Assembly (NCBI GenBank): GCA_964537215.1
Contig: CAZIBI010000002.1
Location: forward strand, 64,001-128,000
Length of the DNA: 64,000 nt
From: an uncultured Ignavibacteria bacterium
GTDB lineage: Bacteria; Zixibacteria; MSB-5A5; CAIYYT01
Direction: 5' to 3'
Positions within the stretch are counted from its first letter, which is position 1. Each line of letters begins with the position of its first letter. A program made the translations under genes and the position numbers. The notes beneath the pieces were generated by a model. It did not search any database and was not told the origin of the DNA. It was given only the letters and a program-made list of their open reading frames with translations. Below are positions 27,296 to 37,956 of the stretch, piece after piece.

Positions 27296-28546
27296 ATGCG
27301 AATTCTCTTTGTTTCACACTTCATACCGCACCCGCCGACCGGTGGAGCTTCGCTGCGAAATTACAACATCGTCAAGGAACTATCCCGCAACAACAGTCTG
27401 CATCTTGTGACTTTCACTCAGCGCGATCGCCATCCGACGCGCGAGAAAATCGCACTTAGCCGCGAAGTCCTCAAGGACTACTGCGAGGAGATGGCAATTA
27501 TCGATGTGCCCAGCGATTTCAGTTCGCTCAAGTGGTATTCGTTGCTTGGGTTCAACTTGTTTTCGCGCGAGCCGTATTCGGCCTGGCGGTTTTGGGCGCC
27601 GGAAATGGTGCAGGCGATTACTAATCAAATTGACAAGCACTCGTTCGACATCGTCCATGTCGACACGATCGCGCTCGCGGGTTACATTCGGCACCTGCGC
27701 CGTCTGCCCGCAATACTCAATCACCACAATGTTGAATCGACGCTGCTGCTGCGCCGCGCGGCCACAGAAAAGAATCCGGCAACGAAGGCCTACATCAATC
27801 TTCAAGGCAAGAAACTTCGGCGAGCCGAACAGCGCGCACTCGGCGAGTATGACGGCAACATCAGCGTCTCGGAACTCGATAGTCAGGAACTTCTGTCGTT
27901 GAATCCCGCCGCGACAGTTCGCGTGGTGCCGAACGGAACGGATACGGAGTACTTCAAACCGATTGACGGAGTTGCTGAAGACTTGAGTCTGGTATTCGCC
28001 GGTTCAATGGCATGGTACCCCAATGGTGATGCCATGATTCTCTTCGGCGAGAAAATCTGGCCCTTGATAAAGAAAGAGATTCCCAATATCACGATGAACC
28101 TGATTGGCTCTCGCGCTCCTGCTGAAGTCGTTCAATTTGGCGCAAATGACAGCAACTTCAAAGTACTGGGATTTGTCGACGATGTCCGCCCGACGATTGC
28201 GCGGGCAGCAGTTTACGTTGTTCCGATTCGCGTCGGGGGCGGGACCCGGCTTAAGATCCTCGATGCAATGGCAATGGGGAAAGCAATTGTCAGCCACCCG
28301 ATCGGTGCGGAAGGACTCGATGTTACTGACGGGAAAGATATCGTAATCGCCGAGGAGCCGGAAGCCTTCGCCAAATGCGTCATCGAACTGGTGCGCAACG
28401 AGCAGAAGCGGCGGCTAATCCGCGAACAAGCCCGCAAATCCGTCATAGAGAAATATTCCTGGTCGACGATTATTCCCCAATTAGAAAAATTCTACCGCGA
28501 GATCTCGGACCGAAAACGTGATAAGGTCATGGCGAAGAATGTTTGA
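27296..28546 (+). CDS. Glycosyltransferase family 4.
   Basis: GGGTRLKILDAMAMGKAIVSHPIGAEGLDVTDGKDIVIAE. ATG at 27296 is chosen; the listed ORF starts at 27284. Confidence 0.8.
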   Translation: MRILFVSHFIPHPPTGGASLRNYNIVKELSRNNSLHLVTFTQRDRHPTREKIALSREVLKDYCEEMAIIDVPSDFSSLKWYSLLGFNLFSREPYSAWRFWAPEMVQAITNQIDKHSFDIVHVDTIALAGYIRHLRRLPAILNHHNVESTLLLRRAATEKNPATKAYINLQGKKLRRAEQRALGEYDGNISVSELDSQELLSLNPAATVRVVPNGTDTEYFKPIDGVAEDLSLVFAGSMAWYPNGDAMILFGEKIWPLIKKEIPNITMNLIGSRAPAEVVQFGANDSNFKVLGFVDDVRPTIARAAVYVVPIRVGGGTRLKILDAMAMGKAIVSHPIGAEGLDVTDGKDIVIAEEPEAFAKCVIELVRNEQKRRLIREQARKSVIEKYSWSTIIPQLEKFYREISDRKRDKVMAKNV

Positions 28547-28570
28547 AGGGCAAAATCCCGGGACCAAAAG

Positions 28571-29662
28571 ATGAGCTCTGATACGCCCTTGGTAATATCT
28601 GCTGTTGGCGACATTATGCTTGGCGACCTTCCGGCCTGCTCTGGATTTGGCGTAGGCAGTATGATTGCCAAACACGGGCCGAAGTTTCCGTTCGAAAAAT
28701 GCGTCGCCGGGTTTGCCGGCAGCGACATAGTTATCGGTAATCTTGAAGTCGTGTTGTCTCGGTTTGATCCCCAAACCGATTCCTTCGCCAAGACTCACCT
28801 GCGTGCTCAACCGGAAGCCGTCGCCGGACTCACCTACGCCGGCATAAATGCCGTCACGTTAGCGAATAACCACATCATGCAACACGGCAGGGAAGCAGTA
28901 CTCGAAACGATCCGTGTCCTTGATCAAAACGCGATAGCCTATACTGGAATCGAATCAGCAGATTCCAAAATCAAGAACTTCCGCCTGATTGAAAAGAAGG
29001 GCCGACGGGTCGGTCTGCTCGGCTACAATTTTCGCCCCGAACAGTATTCTGTGTCGCCGCGAATGGACGTCGCCGGTAACCTCGACCGCATCTGCAGCGA
29101 CATCGAAGCTTACAAGGGGCAATGCGACTTTCTCGTGCTCTCGCTGCACTGGGGCGAGGAGTTTATCGGCCGTCCTTCACCGGAACAAGTGCAAATGGGC
29201 CGCAAATTCATTACCTGCGGAGCGCACGTTATTCTCGGTCATCACCCGCACATTTTGCAGGGCGTCGAACTCTACCGGGGCAGAGTCATAGCTTATAGCC
29301 TTGGCGATTTTGTATTCGATCTCTGGCCGAGTCGACTGCGCAAATCAATGATATTGCGGCTTGAGTTGGCGGGCAGCGATGACATCCGCTTTGAAATCAA
29401 GCCCATCCTGATAAATCGGAATTGGCAACCGGTGCTCTTGCAGGGTGAGGAAGCGTCACGACAGAGAACCGAGATCGAGCAATTGGCATCGTTAATTGAT
29501 ATCAACTCATCGATGGATGATTGGAATCGCGAGGTTGCCGACGAATTGCGAAAGTTCAGAAAAAGCGTCTATAGTCACTATCTCAAAAGTCTCCACCGAT
29601 TTGGCCCCAAACGACTGTTTTCGCTGGCAAAAGGGATTGTCGCAAACCGACTTACGCGTTAG
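28571..29662 (+). CDS. CapA/PgsA-family (PGA_cap, metallophosphatase-like) capsule-synthesis protein.
   Basis: ISAVGDIMLGD...ANNHIMQHGREAVLETIRVLDQNAIAYTG...VLSLHWGEE...ILGHHPH matches the CapA family. Confidence 0.7.
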   Translation: MSSDTPLVISAVGDIMLGDLPACSGFGVGSMIAKHGPKFPFEKCVAGFAGSDIVIGNLEVVLSRFDPQTDSFAKTHLRAQPEAVAGLTYAGINAVTLANNHIMQHGREAVLETIRVLDQNAIAYTGIESADSKIKNFRLIEKKGRRVGLLGYNFRPEQYSVSPRMDVAGNLDRICSDIEAYKGQCDFLVLSLHWGEEFIGRPSPEQVQMGRKFITCGAHVILGHHPHILQGVELYRGRVIAYSLGDFVFDLWPSRLRKSMILRLELAGSDDIRFEIKPILINRNWQPVLLQGEEASRQRTEIEQLASLIDINSSMDDWNREVADELRKFRKSVYSHYLKSLHRFGPKRLFSLAKGIVANRLTR

Positions 29663-29788
29663 ACGCCTTGGTCAAGTCGAATCGCAACACTGTCGATATT
29701 AAAGACAAGAGTTTAAGTCTGGCATTTCAACCTGCTTAAGGTAATCCGTAGGCGAATCGTTCGCCTTGAGTCACTGATCGGGAGGCAG

Positions 29789-31120
29789 ATGAATCCGTGG
29801 ATAGCAAAGAACGTTTTCTACCTGCCAATCGAACGACTGCGTGGAGAACCGATCACGCGCTATATGCGCGAGATCGCGGAGTTTGAGCATCTCTCCAGCG
29901 AGGAAATGTCGGCATTGCAATGGGACAGACTCAAAGCGCTTCTTGACCACGCCTACAAGAATAACTCCTTCTACCGCCAACAATTTGATCGAGTCGGCAT
30001 AATCCCGGAGGACATCAAGTCTCCGGCGGATTTTGAGCGGGTTCCATTCCTCACCAAGAAGCTCCTGCGGGAAAACTTCGCCAGCATGATGTCCAAGTCT
30101 GTTGGCAAAGTCTCGTTGCGAAAGACCTCTGGCTCGACCGGTACACCGCTGAAGCTGGCAAAGGATCGAACCGCAACTGCGTACATGGAAGCCTACATGT
30201 ACCATGTCTACGGCTGGTACGGAATCGAGATCGGAACCCGGCAAGGTCGCGTCTGGGGCATGCCCTTTGGATTTTCTGGACGTTCGATGACTCGAGTCAA
30301 GGACGTTTTGCTCAATCGCAGGCGATTGGTGTCGTTTGAGCTTAGTCGCGATGCCTGCCGCCTCTATTATCATCATCTTAAGAAATTCAAACCATATTTT
30401 CTCTACGGGCTGATTGCGCCGATTAGCGAATTCGCGCGTGAATTGGCCGGGTGCGGAATTGATCCGAAAGAGCTGGGACTTAAAGTTATCATCGCAACCG
30501 GCGAGAGACTGCATCCCGGAAAGAAAGAACACGCGGAGCGTGCCTTCGGCTGCCGGGTCGTAAACGAATATGGCTGCACCGAGTCCGGCATCATCGCATT
30601 TGAGTGTCCTTCCGGGAATTTACATGTTGCAAATCACAACCTGTTGGTAGAAATTGTGAATCCGGAAACCGGCGTAGCGGTAGCTGCGGGTGAGTCAGGT
30701 GAAGTTGTCTTGACCGAATTATTCGCGACGGGTATGCCGCTAATCCGTTATCGGATAGGTGATCTCGCCTGTAAATCAAACGAGCGATGCACCTGTGGAC
30801 GTCAGTCACCAATAATCGGAAGTGTTATCGGCCGAACGTCGGAACTAATCCCGACTCCGGACGGTCGCAAGGTCGCCGCCGCGTTGCTTGATTATGCGAT
30901 ACCGTCAAGCGTATCGAGATTTCGGGCCATTTTAACCGAAGTGGATCGCCTCGAGTTGTTGCTTGAGTGTCCGCAACCGCTGACAGAAGATGAACGCGAT
31001 TCGATTAAGAACAAGATGAGCCAATATCTCGGCAAGCAAATGCGTATAGAGCTTCGAATTGTCGGTAGCATTCCCAGCGATCCTTCCGGCAAACTTCGGT
31101 GCTTCGAATCGAGGATATAA
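29789..31120 (+). CDS. CapK/PaaK-like adenylate-forming enzyme (phenylacetate-CoA ligase/F390 synthetase superfamily), copy 1.
   Basis: The adenylation motif is LRKTSGSTGTPLKLAKD. The 443 aa length is typical of CapK-like proteins in capsule loci. Confidence 0.7.
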   Translation: MNPWIAKNVFYLPIERLRGEPITRYMREIAEFEHLSSEEMSALQWDRLKALLDHAYKNNSFYRQQFDRVGIIPEDIKSPADFERVPFLTKKLLRENFASMMSKSVGKVSLRKTSGSTGTPLKLAKDRTATAYMEAYMYHVYGWYGIEIGTRQGRVWGMPFGFSGRSMTRVKDVLLNRRRLVSFELSRDACRLYYHHLKKFKPYFLYGLIAPISEFARELAGCGIDPKELGLKVIIATGERLHPGKKEHAERAFGCRVVNEYGCTESGIIAFECPSGNLHVANHNLLVEIVNPETGVAVAAGESGEVVLTELFATGMPLIRYRIGDLACKSNERCTCGRQSPIIGSVIGRTSELIPTPDGRKVAAALLDYAIPSSVSRFRAILTEVDRLELLLECPQPLTEDERDSIKNKMSQYLGKQMRIELRIVGSIPSDPSGKLRCFESRI

Positions 31121-31182
31121 AATAAGCAATCCTTATGGCTGCTCTCCGGGCAGAGTAATCCTGCCGAGAGTTCAATGGAGAA

Positions 31183-32586
31183 GTGACAACGACGAATCTA
31201 ATGCAATCAATCTATGAGGCTTCGCCGGCATTCATACAAAACGCCGGCGTCTCGCTTTATGGCTTGAAAATATATTGGCGCGAACTCGGCCCTAAATTTG
31301 AACGCCAACTCGCCGAGTTTGAATCCCATTTCAAATGGTCCGAGTCAGAACTGCACGCGTACCAAAACGAGCGGCTGCAGCGTTTGATTGCGCACTCCTA
31401 CGAGAACGTCCCATATTACCGGGATCTGATGAATAAGCAAAAACTCACCCCGTCCGATTTTCGTGACATCGCGGACCTTCCGAAATTGCCGCTGTTAACT
31501 CGAAATATGGTGATGGAAAACGGCGACAAACTTTTGGCTCGCGGTCTTCGGCGGGCCGACCAAATTGTCGGACATACTTCCGGTACAACCGGGTCGCCCT
31601 TGCGACTGGTTTGGGATCGACACGTTTGCCTAATGAAAACAGTTGTTGACTGGCGACAAAAACGCCTCGCCGGGATCAATCCGGGCGATCGGATCGCTTT
31701 TTTCCTGGGCAGACAAGTTGCGCCGCTGCGTCAAACTAAACCGCCGTTTTGGCGCCACAATTGGGTGATGAATCATCTCTTTTGCTCGTCGTTCCACTTG
31801 TCGCCGGCAAATATGACATTTTACATGGACAAGCTGTCCAAATTCCGGCCGCGCGCGCTGGAAGGATATCCTTCAACGATGTCGGTCCTAGCTGGATTTT
31901 TGAATCAGCGCAATGAGACGTTTCCGGTGCAAGCTGTGTTCACTTCTTCCGAGACTCTGCTGCCTTCGCAGCGCGCAGCGATTGAAAAAGCATTCGCATG
32001 CAAGGTCTTCGATTTCTATGGCATGGCCGAGCGTGTGGTGTTTGCGACCGAGTGCGAACTCCACGGCGGCAAGCACGTCAATACCGATTTCGGCCTCGTT
32101 GAAATTTCGAGTTCTTCCGGCGGTACATCTTCGCCCAACAGGTTGGGAAGAGTCATTGCAACCGGATTGCATAACTACGCCATGCCGTTGATTCGTTATG
32201 AAACAAGTGATGTGACTTCGCTGGAACCCAATCCTTGTCGCTGCGGACGGCCGATGCCATTAATGAGCGGTGTTACCACCAAGGATGAAGATATCGTCGT
32301 GACTCCGGACGGGCGCTATGTGTCATCCTCGATTCTCAACGCGGTAACTCATCATCTGGTCAACGTCAAAGAATCGCAGATCGTGCAGGAAACCCGGTCG
32401 CGCGTTTTCATGCGTGTTGTCCCGCGTCCGGCTTACACGGCAGCCGACACCGAATTCATTTGCGCCGAGCTTCGCAAAGTACTTGGCGCCGAAGTCTCGG
32501 TCGGCGTTGACATCGTCGAGTCAATCGAACGCACCGCAAACGGGAAATTTCGCTGGGTGATTTCCAAGGTGCCGCTTGGATTTTGA
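31183..32586 (+). CDS. CapK/PaaK-like adenylate-forming enzyme, copy 2.
   Basis: GHTSGTTGSPLRLVWD. Start may be GTG at 31183 or ATG at 31201. Confidence 0.7.
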   Translation: MTTTNLMQSIYEASPAFIQNAGVSLYGLKIYWRELGPKFERQLAEFESHFKWSESELHAYQNERLQRLIAHSYENVPYYRDLMNKQKLTPSDFRDIADLPKLPLLTRNMVMENGDKLLARGLRRADQIVGHTSGTTGSPLRLVWDRHVCLMKTVVDWRQKRLAGINPGDRIAFFLGRQVAPLRQTKPPFWRHNWVMNHLFCSSFHLSPANMTFYMDKLSKFRPRALEGYPSTMSVLAGFLNQRNETFPVQAVFTSSETLLPSQRAAIEKAFACKVFDFYGMAERVVFATECELHGGKHVNTDFGLVEISSSSGGTSSPNRLGRVIATGLHNYAMPLIRYETSDVTSLEPNPCRCGRPMPLMSGVTTKDEDIVVTPDGRYVSSSILNAVTHHLVNVKESQIVQETRSRVFMRVVPRPAYTAADTEFICAELRKVLGAEVSVGVDIVESIERTANGKFRWVISKVPLGF

Positions 32587-32619
32587 TCTCGATTTCTATG
32601 GCAAAGCGGAAGTAAACCA

Positions 32620-33804
32620 ATGCTGCAACTGAAAACTTTGACGACCGTTGATGAGTTGGCAGCAATTGCCGACTCTTGGGACCAGTTGCTAAGTCAAAGC
32701 CTCAACAATAGCTACTCGCTTTCCTGGACTTGGCTATCACATTGGCTCAATGTCTACCTGGGAAATGACCGCCTGCTCTGTGTGTTAGTTTACGACGACG
32801 CAAGACTCGTTGGAATAGCACCGTTCTGGGTCAAGAAATTGCGTCAACTCGGGATCGGGCGCTTACGCATCCTCCGGTTCATTGGCTCCGAGGAAGTCTG
32901 TGCCGACCATCTCGATCTCATTATTTCGCGTAAGAATTCCAAAGCAATTTGCGCAGCCATTTGGGAAGAGCTTCACGGCCCCTTGCGCAAGGAGTGGGAT
33001 TTCTGGGAGTACAACTTTGTTCCTGCGATGTCGCCTGTGCTCCAGTCGCTGACCGAACTCGCAGACAAAGACAATCGCTGCCTTAGCATGAACATCACCG
33101 GGTTCACGATTTGTCCTTACGCAATGTTGCCGGACTCGTGGGAGACTTACATCACGTCCATCAGCCGCAGCTCAAGAGGGAATCTGAAGACGTCCACAGA
33201 GCTCCTGACCAAAGCTGGAAATCTACAGTTGCGTATCTGTGATTCGCACGAGAGCCTCCCGGGTTATCTGGAGACCCACATGGATCTGCACCGCAAATCT
33301 TGGAACGATCGCGGCCAGGACGGCAGCTACACAACCGAGACATTCAAGCGCTTTCATCGCGAGTTATCGCAGGATTTGCTTTCCCGCGGACAACTGATGT
33401 TGTGCAGCCTGGAATTGGACGGCGTGGCAATCGGAAGTTTCTACGGTTTTATCCACGAAAAAGTCATTTACTATTACCTTCTCGGCGTCAACCGGGCTGC
33501 CGTGCCGAAAGCTGGAATCGGACGGGTTCTGCTTGGCAAGTGCATCGAAGCTGCCATTGGCCGCAAGTGCACCGAGTTCGATATGCTGCGCGGATTCGAG
33601 GAGTACAAGTACTACTGGACGGACACCGAACGGCGCGAACTTCTGATCACATTCCACAATCGCTCGATCAACGCGCTAATTTTCATCTTGAGGCAGTTCG
33701 TCAATCGATTCAGTAAGCAGGTCGGCAAAGTCTTACTCGGAGGCAAAACGAAAGCCGTCAAGCAGTGGCTCGGCAAAGGAACACCAGATCGGAGCAGCAA
33801 TTGA
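32620..33804 (+). CDS. FemAB/CelD-like (Acetyltransf_6, PF13480-type) acyltransferase.
   Basis: Family-typical N-terminus LAAIADSWDQL.....YSLSWTWLSHW plus a C-terminal GNAT-like fold. 394 aa. Confidence 0.6.
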   Translation: MLQLKTLTTVDELAAIADSWDQLLSQSLNNSYSLSWTWLSHWLNVYLGNDRLLCVLVYDDARLVGIAPFWVKKLRQLGIGRLRILRFIGSEEVCADHLDLIISRKNSKAICAAIWEELHGPLRKEWDFWEYNFVPAMSPVLQSLTELADKDNRCLSMNITGFTICPYAMLPDSWETYITSISRSSRGNLKTSTELLTKAGNLQLRICDSHESLPGYLETHMDLHRKSWNDRGQDGSYTTETFKRFHRELSQDLLSRGQLMLCSLELDGVAIGSFYGFIHEKVIYYYLLGVNRAAVPKAGIGRVLLGKCIEAAIGRKCTEFDMLRGFEEYKYYWTDTERRELLITFHNRSINALIFILRQFVNRFSKQVGKVLLGGKTKAVKQWLGKGTPDRSSN

Positions 33805-34886
33805 AAGAGCAGATTAAGCAGAACGCAAAGAAGTTTCTCTATTACTCCGGTTACTACTCGCTGCTTGAACGCTTGCACGCACCCTCTGAACATCGTCTGT
33901 TGATAATCATGCTGCATGACATCGTCAGAGACGAAGAATGGGCTTCCACTTGGTACAATGCCGTTAGCCACAGCGAGTCTCAACTCGAAGCGATGTTCGT
34001 TGCGATCAAGAAGCGCTTTCGGGTAATAACCGTTGAAGACGCCGTGCAGGAATTCAAGACGCACGGAATGCTCAAGGAAAAGAGCATCGCCATTACATTC
34101 GATGACGGCTATCTGTCAACGTATGAGATTGTATTTCCTCTCCTAAAGAAACATGGCGTCACGGCGACTACTTATATTCCCACTGGGTGGATCAACGGAG
34201 AGATTACTCCATGGTGGCTAACGCTAACGGGAACTATCGAACACAGCGTCCTTGAGCCCAGCATGGTTAGTGCGATTGAGAAGATTATCGGGACATCTGT
34301 TGATCCTCGGATCGCCACTTTGGGCAATTCCGGACAAGCGAAACGCTTCCTGGACGACGCACTGGGTGGGATGTTGATGCGACAGGAGGACAAGACTCGC
34401 CGAAAGATGCTTCAGGACATATACCAGGTGCTTAACGAGGGCAAGGACTATCAACCCCGCATCGAAAGGCCGATGTCGTGGGAGCAAATCAAAGACATGG
34501 CCGCACACGGCAATCGCTTTGGCGCCCATACTTGCACCCACCCGAATCTGTCGTTTGTTGATATGGAAACCGCCGAGCGCGAAATAGTGGAGTCGCGACG
34601 GATTATTGAAGAGCGCCTCGGAGAGAAGATCTCTGGATTTGCCTACCCTTACGGTTATGATGTCGCCGGTTATCAGCGGCTTGAAGGTCTACTGCAAAAG
34701 CACGGATTTCTTTATGCTGTCACCAGTTGGTGGGGGCACGTCGACCACACTGCCGATTTCTACCGCCTGCGCCGCACCGGCGTGGTGATCTCCACATCGC
34801 CTGCAATCATTGGTCGCGATCTCGGAATTCAATACTGTGATGAACAGCGCCCCTTGACTCTACCGCCGCGCAGCTCCGGCCACTAG
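33765..34886 (+). CDS. Polysaccharide deacetylase (NodB/CE4 family).
   Basis: IAITFDDGYLSTYEIVFPLLKKHGVTATTYIPTGW is NodB motif 1. The start is uncertain; the listed ORF overlaps the upstream gene by ~40 bp. Confidence 0.7.
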   Translation: MARQRNTRSEQQLKEQIKQNAKKFLYYSGYYSLLERLHAPSEHRLLIIMLHDIVRDEEWASTWYNAVSHSESQLEAMFVAIKKRFRVITVEDAVQEFKTHGMLKEKSIAITFDDGYLSTYEIVFPLLKKHGVTATTYIPTGWINGEITPWWLTLTGTIEHSVLEPSMVSAIEKIIGTSVDPRIATLGNSGQAKRFLDDALGGMLMRQEDKTRRKMLQDIYQVLNEGKDYQPRIERPMSWEQIKDMAAHGNRFGAHTCTHPNLSFVDMETAEREIVESRRIIEERLGEKISGFAYPYGYDVAGYQRLEGLLQKHGFLYAVTSWWGHVDHTADFYRLRRTGVVISTSPAIIGRDLGIQYCDEQRPLTLPPRSSGH

Positions 34887-36253
34887 GGCCTGCTCTTCGA
34901 CCGCACGAAAGCATCATCCAACAGCCGCGCAAAATCCCGCGTCAATTCTCGTTTGTAAAGGTGCTTAAGCGACTGCAGCGACTTGCTCCGGTCGCGCGAG
35001 CCGCTGCGCAGGCGCGTCGCGATAGTCTGAATGGCCGATTTGATCGCGACATGGTCTTCCGGATGAGCAATTTGCACATTCTCGTAACCCTTGAGAATAT
35101 TGGCTGTGGCACCCGGAGGCGCCATTGCCAGAATTTCGTTTCCGGTTGCCAAATACTCAAAGGTCTTTGCCGGGACTTCAGTAGGAGTGAGGTTGGACTG
35201 TAGCAGCAACAGCACGTCCGCTGATCCGATCAGTCGCAAGTATTCGGATCGCTTGACGAGCGCTTTGAACTGAATCACGTCTGCGAGTCCGCATTGTTCG
35301 ATTATTCTTTGCAATGATGTTGTATCGATTTCAATCGGTCCGTAAAAATCTACCACAATCCCTTCGCGCTTGAGAAAACCGCTGCTGACCAGTTCTCCCA
35401 ATGCAACAACGAATTGGCGCGGATCCCGGCCCTCGTACAGCGTACCGGCGTACAGGAAATGAATAGTCTCCTTCGGATCGTGATCTTCGGGCGCTGCTCC
35501 CGGAAAATCATCGATATCGAATCCATTGATGACAGATTGGCAGTTCGTCTCCAGCACTGGATAGTACTGCTTCTTCAGCACATCGCGAAATTCTGGCGTG
35601 GTTGTCATGACTAGGATTGAGCGATTAACCGTGCGCCGTTCCATCCAACATTCAAATCGCCACGCCAAACGAGTCGTGAACTTCTCTGGTCTCTGTGCCA
35701 CTACCAACGGATCGCGAAAGTCGGCGACCAGCGGCTTGCCGGTGATCAGACTCACGACCCAAGCGATCCAATGTCCCGTTCGCGGCGGCCCCGAGGCGTA
35801 GATCAGATCGACTTTTTCGCGTCGCGCTACTTTGACTCCCAACCAAATTCCGGGAAACAACCATCCGATACAGTAGTCGGGCGTCCAGAATATCCAACGA
35901 AACAGCGACTTCCACTTGAAACCGCTCCCGCCTTGTTGCAGACTTGACGTGAGCGACTGCAAACTTTCGTTGCCCGACCCGGTGGACTGCTTGCCACGTA
36001 CCGATCGAAGCATCTTCTTTGCCCACAAGTAACAATCGCCAACAGTCGGCCATTTGCTGCTGCGCTCGACTGTGCACTCGAACGGAAGCGGTGTAGGGTC
36101 GGTCTTCTGATAATATTTAGACTTAACTGTGACGATAATTGCCTTCCAATCCGACTCGGGCAGGAACTTGGCGAACTTGACTGTGCGCACTGCTCCGACC
36201 TCAAGGTCCGGATGAAAATAATAGGCAATCATCAGAATCTTTCTCGGCATCAA
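34883..36253 (-). CDS. Glycosyltransferase family 4.
   Basis: MMPRKILMIAYYFHPDLEVGAVRTVKFAKFL is the GT4 N-domain. The C-domain is ...DVLLLLQSNLTPTEVPAKTFEYLATGNEILAMAPPGA. Confidence 0.7.
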   Translation of the reverse strand: MMPRKILMIAYYFHPDLEVGAVRTVKFAKFLPESDWKAIIVTVKSKYYQKTDPTPLPFECTVERSSKWPTVGDCYLWAKKMLRSVRGKQSTGSGNESLQSLTSSLQQGGSGFKWKSLFRWIFWTPDYCIGWLFPGIWLGVKVARREKVDLIYASGPPRTGHWIAWVVSLITGKPLVADFRDPLVVAQRPEKFTTRLAWRFECWMERRTVNRSILVMTTTPEFRDVLKKQYYPVLETNCQSVINGFDIDDFPGAAPEDHDPKETIHFLYAGTLYEGRDPRQFVVALGELVSSGFLKREGIVVDFYGPIEIDTTSLQRIIEQCGLADVIQFKALVKRSEYLRLIGSADVLLLLQSNLTPTEVPAKTFEYLATGNEILAMAPPGATANILKGYENVQIAHPEDHVAIKSAIQTIATRLRSGSRDRSKSLQSLKHLYKRELTRDFARLLDDAFVRSKSRP

Positions 36254-36328
36254 CTTACCCTAATTCCAAGTCAGTCATATTTGGTGGATAACATTAAGTA
36301 GTTTTGGCAGCCGTTCGCAAGCTTTTCA

Positions 36329-37810
36329 TCATGCCCCGGAGCGGAGATCTTTGATGGCCGAAGTCGGACTCTTGAAGAATCGCTGCACCCAACTCTTTTC
36401 CTCTGGCGTCAGCACACCGCTAAAATACACAAGTACCGGGAATAGCAGCGCCGCCACCGTATTTGTCAGCAAAGACAAGGGGAGATTCTCGATACGAATA
36501 TAGGAAAAGGGCACCAAAATAAGCAGGAACAAGAACCCGAGCATAACGACTCTCTTAATGTCGTAAGTAACATGATATAGCTGTTGTGCAAAGTACACAT
36601 CAAGTGTGAGCCTCACGACATAAGAAGCCAGTGTCGAGATCGCGGCACCCCATGCACCCATCGTCGGAATCAAAAGGAAGTTCAATACGATATTCGCGAC
36701 CATTGCCGATGAAGTCGAGTACGCGCGATATTTTGACTTGCCCGAAAGCAATATTCCGGCGCCGGCAATGTAGAGTGCGCCGTTGAGAACGTACGACAAA
36801 CTAATCAGCGCGACATATTTATACGCGCTCCAATACGACTCGTCCGCCATGATGCGCAAAACATCTCGGGTCAATAGAGATAATCCGAGGCAGAGCGCCA
36901 ATGCTATCAGCAGATAGTAAATCAACACTTTGGCAAATATCGGCTTTCCATCTTCCTGCTTGCCATACTTGAACATCTCGGTCCCCCAAACCGACATGAA
37001 AGGGCCGTTGATCAGCATCGAGAGAATCATTCCAAATGTGTACGACATCGAATAAATCCCGACTGTTCCGAGGTCGGCGAAGTAGTTCAAAAAGTATCTA
37101 TCCGAATAAGTCAGCATGAAGGACGATACATCCGAAACGATAATTGGCATTCCAAATCGAAGCATTTCAACATATTTGCTGAAATCAAATCCGATTCCGA
37201 CTTTTCGCAGGGTCGAAAATGTCAGATACAGCGCAAAGATGGTTGATGAGATTAGGGTGCTGTAAAGAACACCGTAGATCCCGAGACCAAGTCCCACCAA
37301 AAACCAGATATTGAGACTTAGCTGCATAACCATCTTAATCAAACTGATTCCCACGTACTTGCCGCTCTGCAGCTTGATGCGCAGGAAGATCATCGGTATC
37401 TCGATGCCGCTGGCGAGAAACATCCCGAGAAAGGTCAGGCGAAAGTAACCGGTATACTCCTCGCTCGAAAATATCAGCTGCGATAGCTGCGGTGACAGCA
37501 GCATTGCCGTCGCTGTGATGACCGCCATCACCGAGATCGAACCCAGCAGCGCCGAACTTATCACCTTGCGTCTTGACGGCTCGTCCTCAAATTTCTGATA
37601 GGTGCGCACAACCGCACTCGCCATACCAAGACCGAACAGCGTCGCAACAATATCAATCGTCAACCCAAGCAACGACAGCGTGCCGTAGTTTTCCGTGGAG
37701 AGGTAGGCAGTGTAGACCGGTATCATCAGGAAGCCGACAATGCGTCCCAATATGATACCGAACATGTAGACCGAGCCGTGCTTGAGAATATTTTTTAGGT
37801 CTTTGTACAT
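36329..37810 (-). CDS. Wzx-type polysaccharide flippase (MOP superfamily, polysaccharide biosynthesis protein).
   Basis: 493 aa with ~12-14 TM segments and the typical Wzx architecture. Confidence 0.75.
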   Translation of the reverse strand: MYKDLKNILKHGSVYMFGIILGRIVGFLMIPVYTAYLSTENYGTLSLLGLTIDIVATLFGLGMASAVVRTYQKFEDEPSRRKVISSALLGSISVMAVITATAMLLSPQLSQLIFSSEEYTGYFRLTFLGMFLASGIEIPMIFLRIKLQSGKYVGISLIKMVMQLSLNIWFLVGLGLGIYGVLYSTLISSTIFALYLTFSTLRKVGIGFDFSKYVEMLRFGMPIIVSDVSSFMLTYSDRYFLNYFADLGTVGIYSMSYTFGMILSMLINGPFMSVWGTEMFKYGKQEDGKPIFAKVLIYYLLIALALCLGLSLLTRDVLRIMADESYWSAYKYVALISLSYVLNGALYIAGAGILLSGKSKYRAYSTSSAMVANIVLNFLLIPTMGAWGAAISTLASYVVRLTLDVYFAQQLYHVTYDIKRVVMLGFLFLLILVPFSYIRIENLPLSLLTNTVAALLFPVLVYFSGVLTPEEKSWVQRFFKSPTSAIKDLRSGA

Positions 37811-37956
37811 ATTATCCCGAAGATCGGCTAATTTCAGCCGACCATTAGTGAAGCGAGTTTATGAAGCAATTTCCTGCAGCGAGAATACTTTTTTCGCCAA
37901 CGGATTTCTGGTATCAGAATCAAAAACTAGTATATTAGTCCACAGAGGAAACGCAA

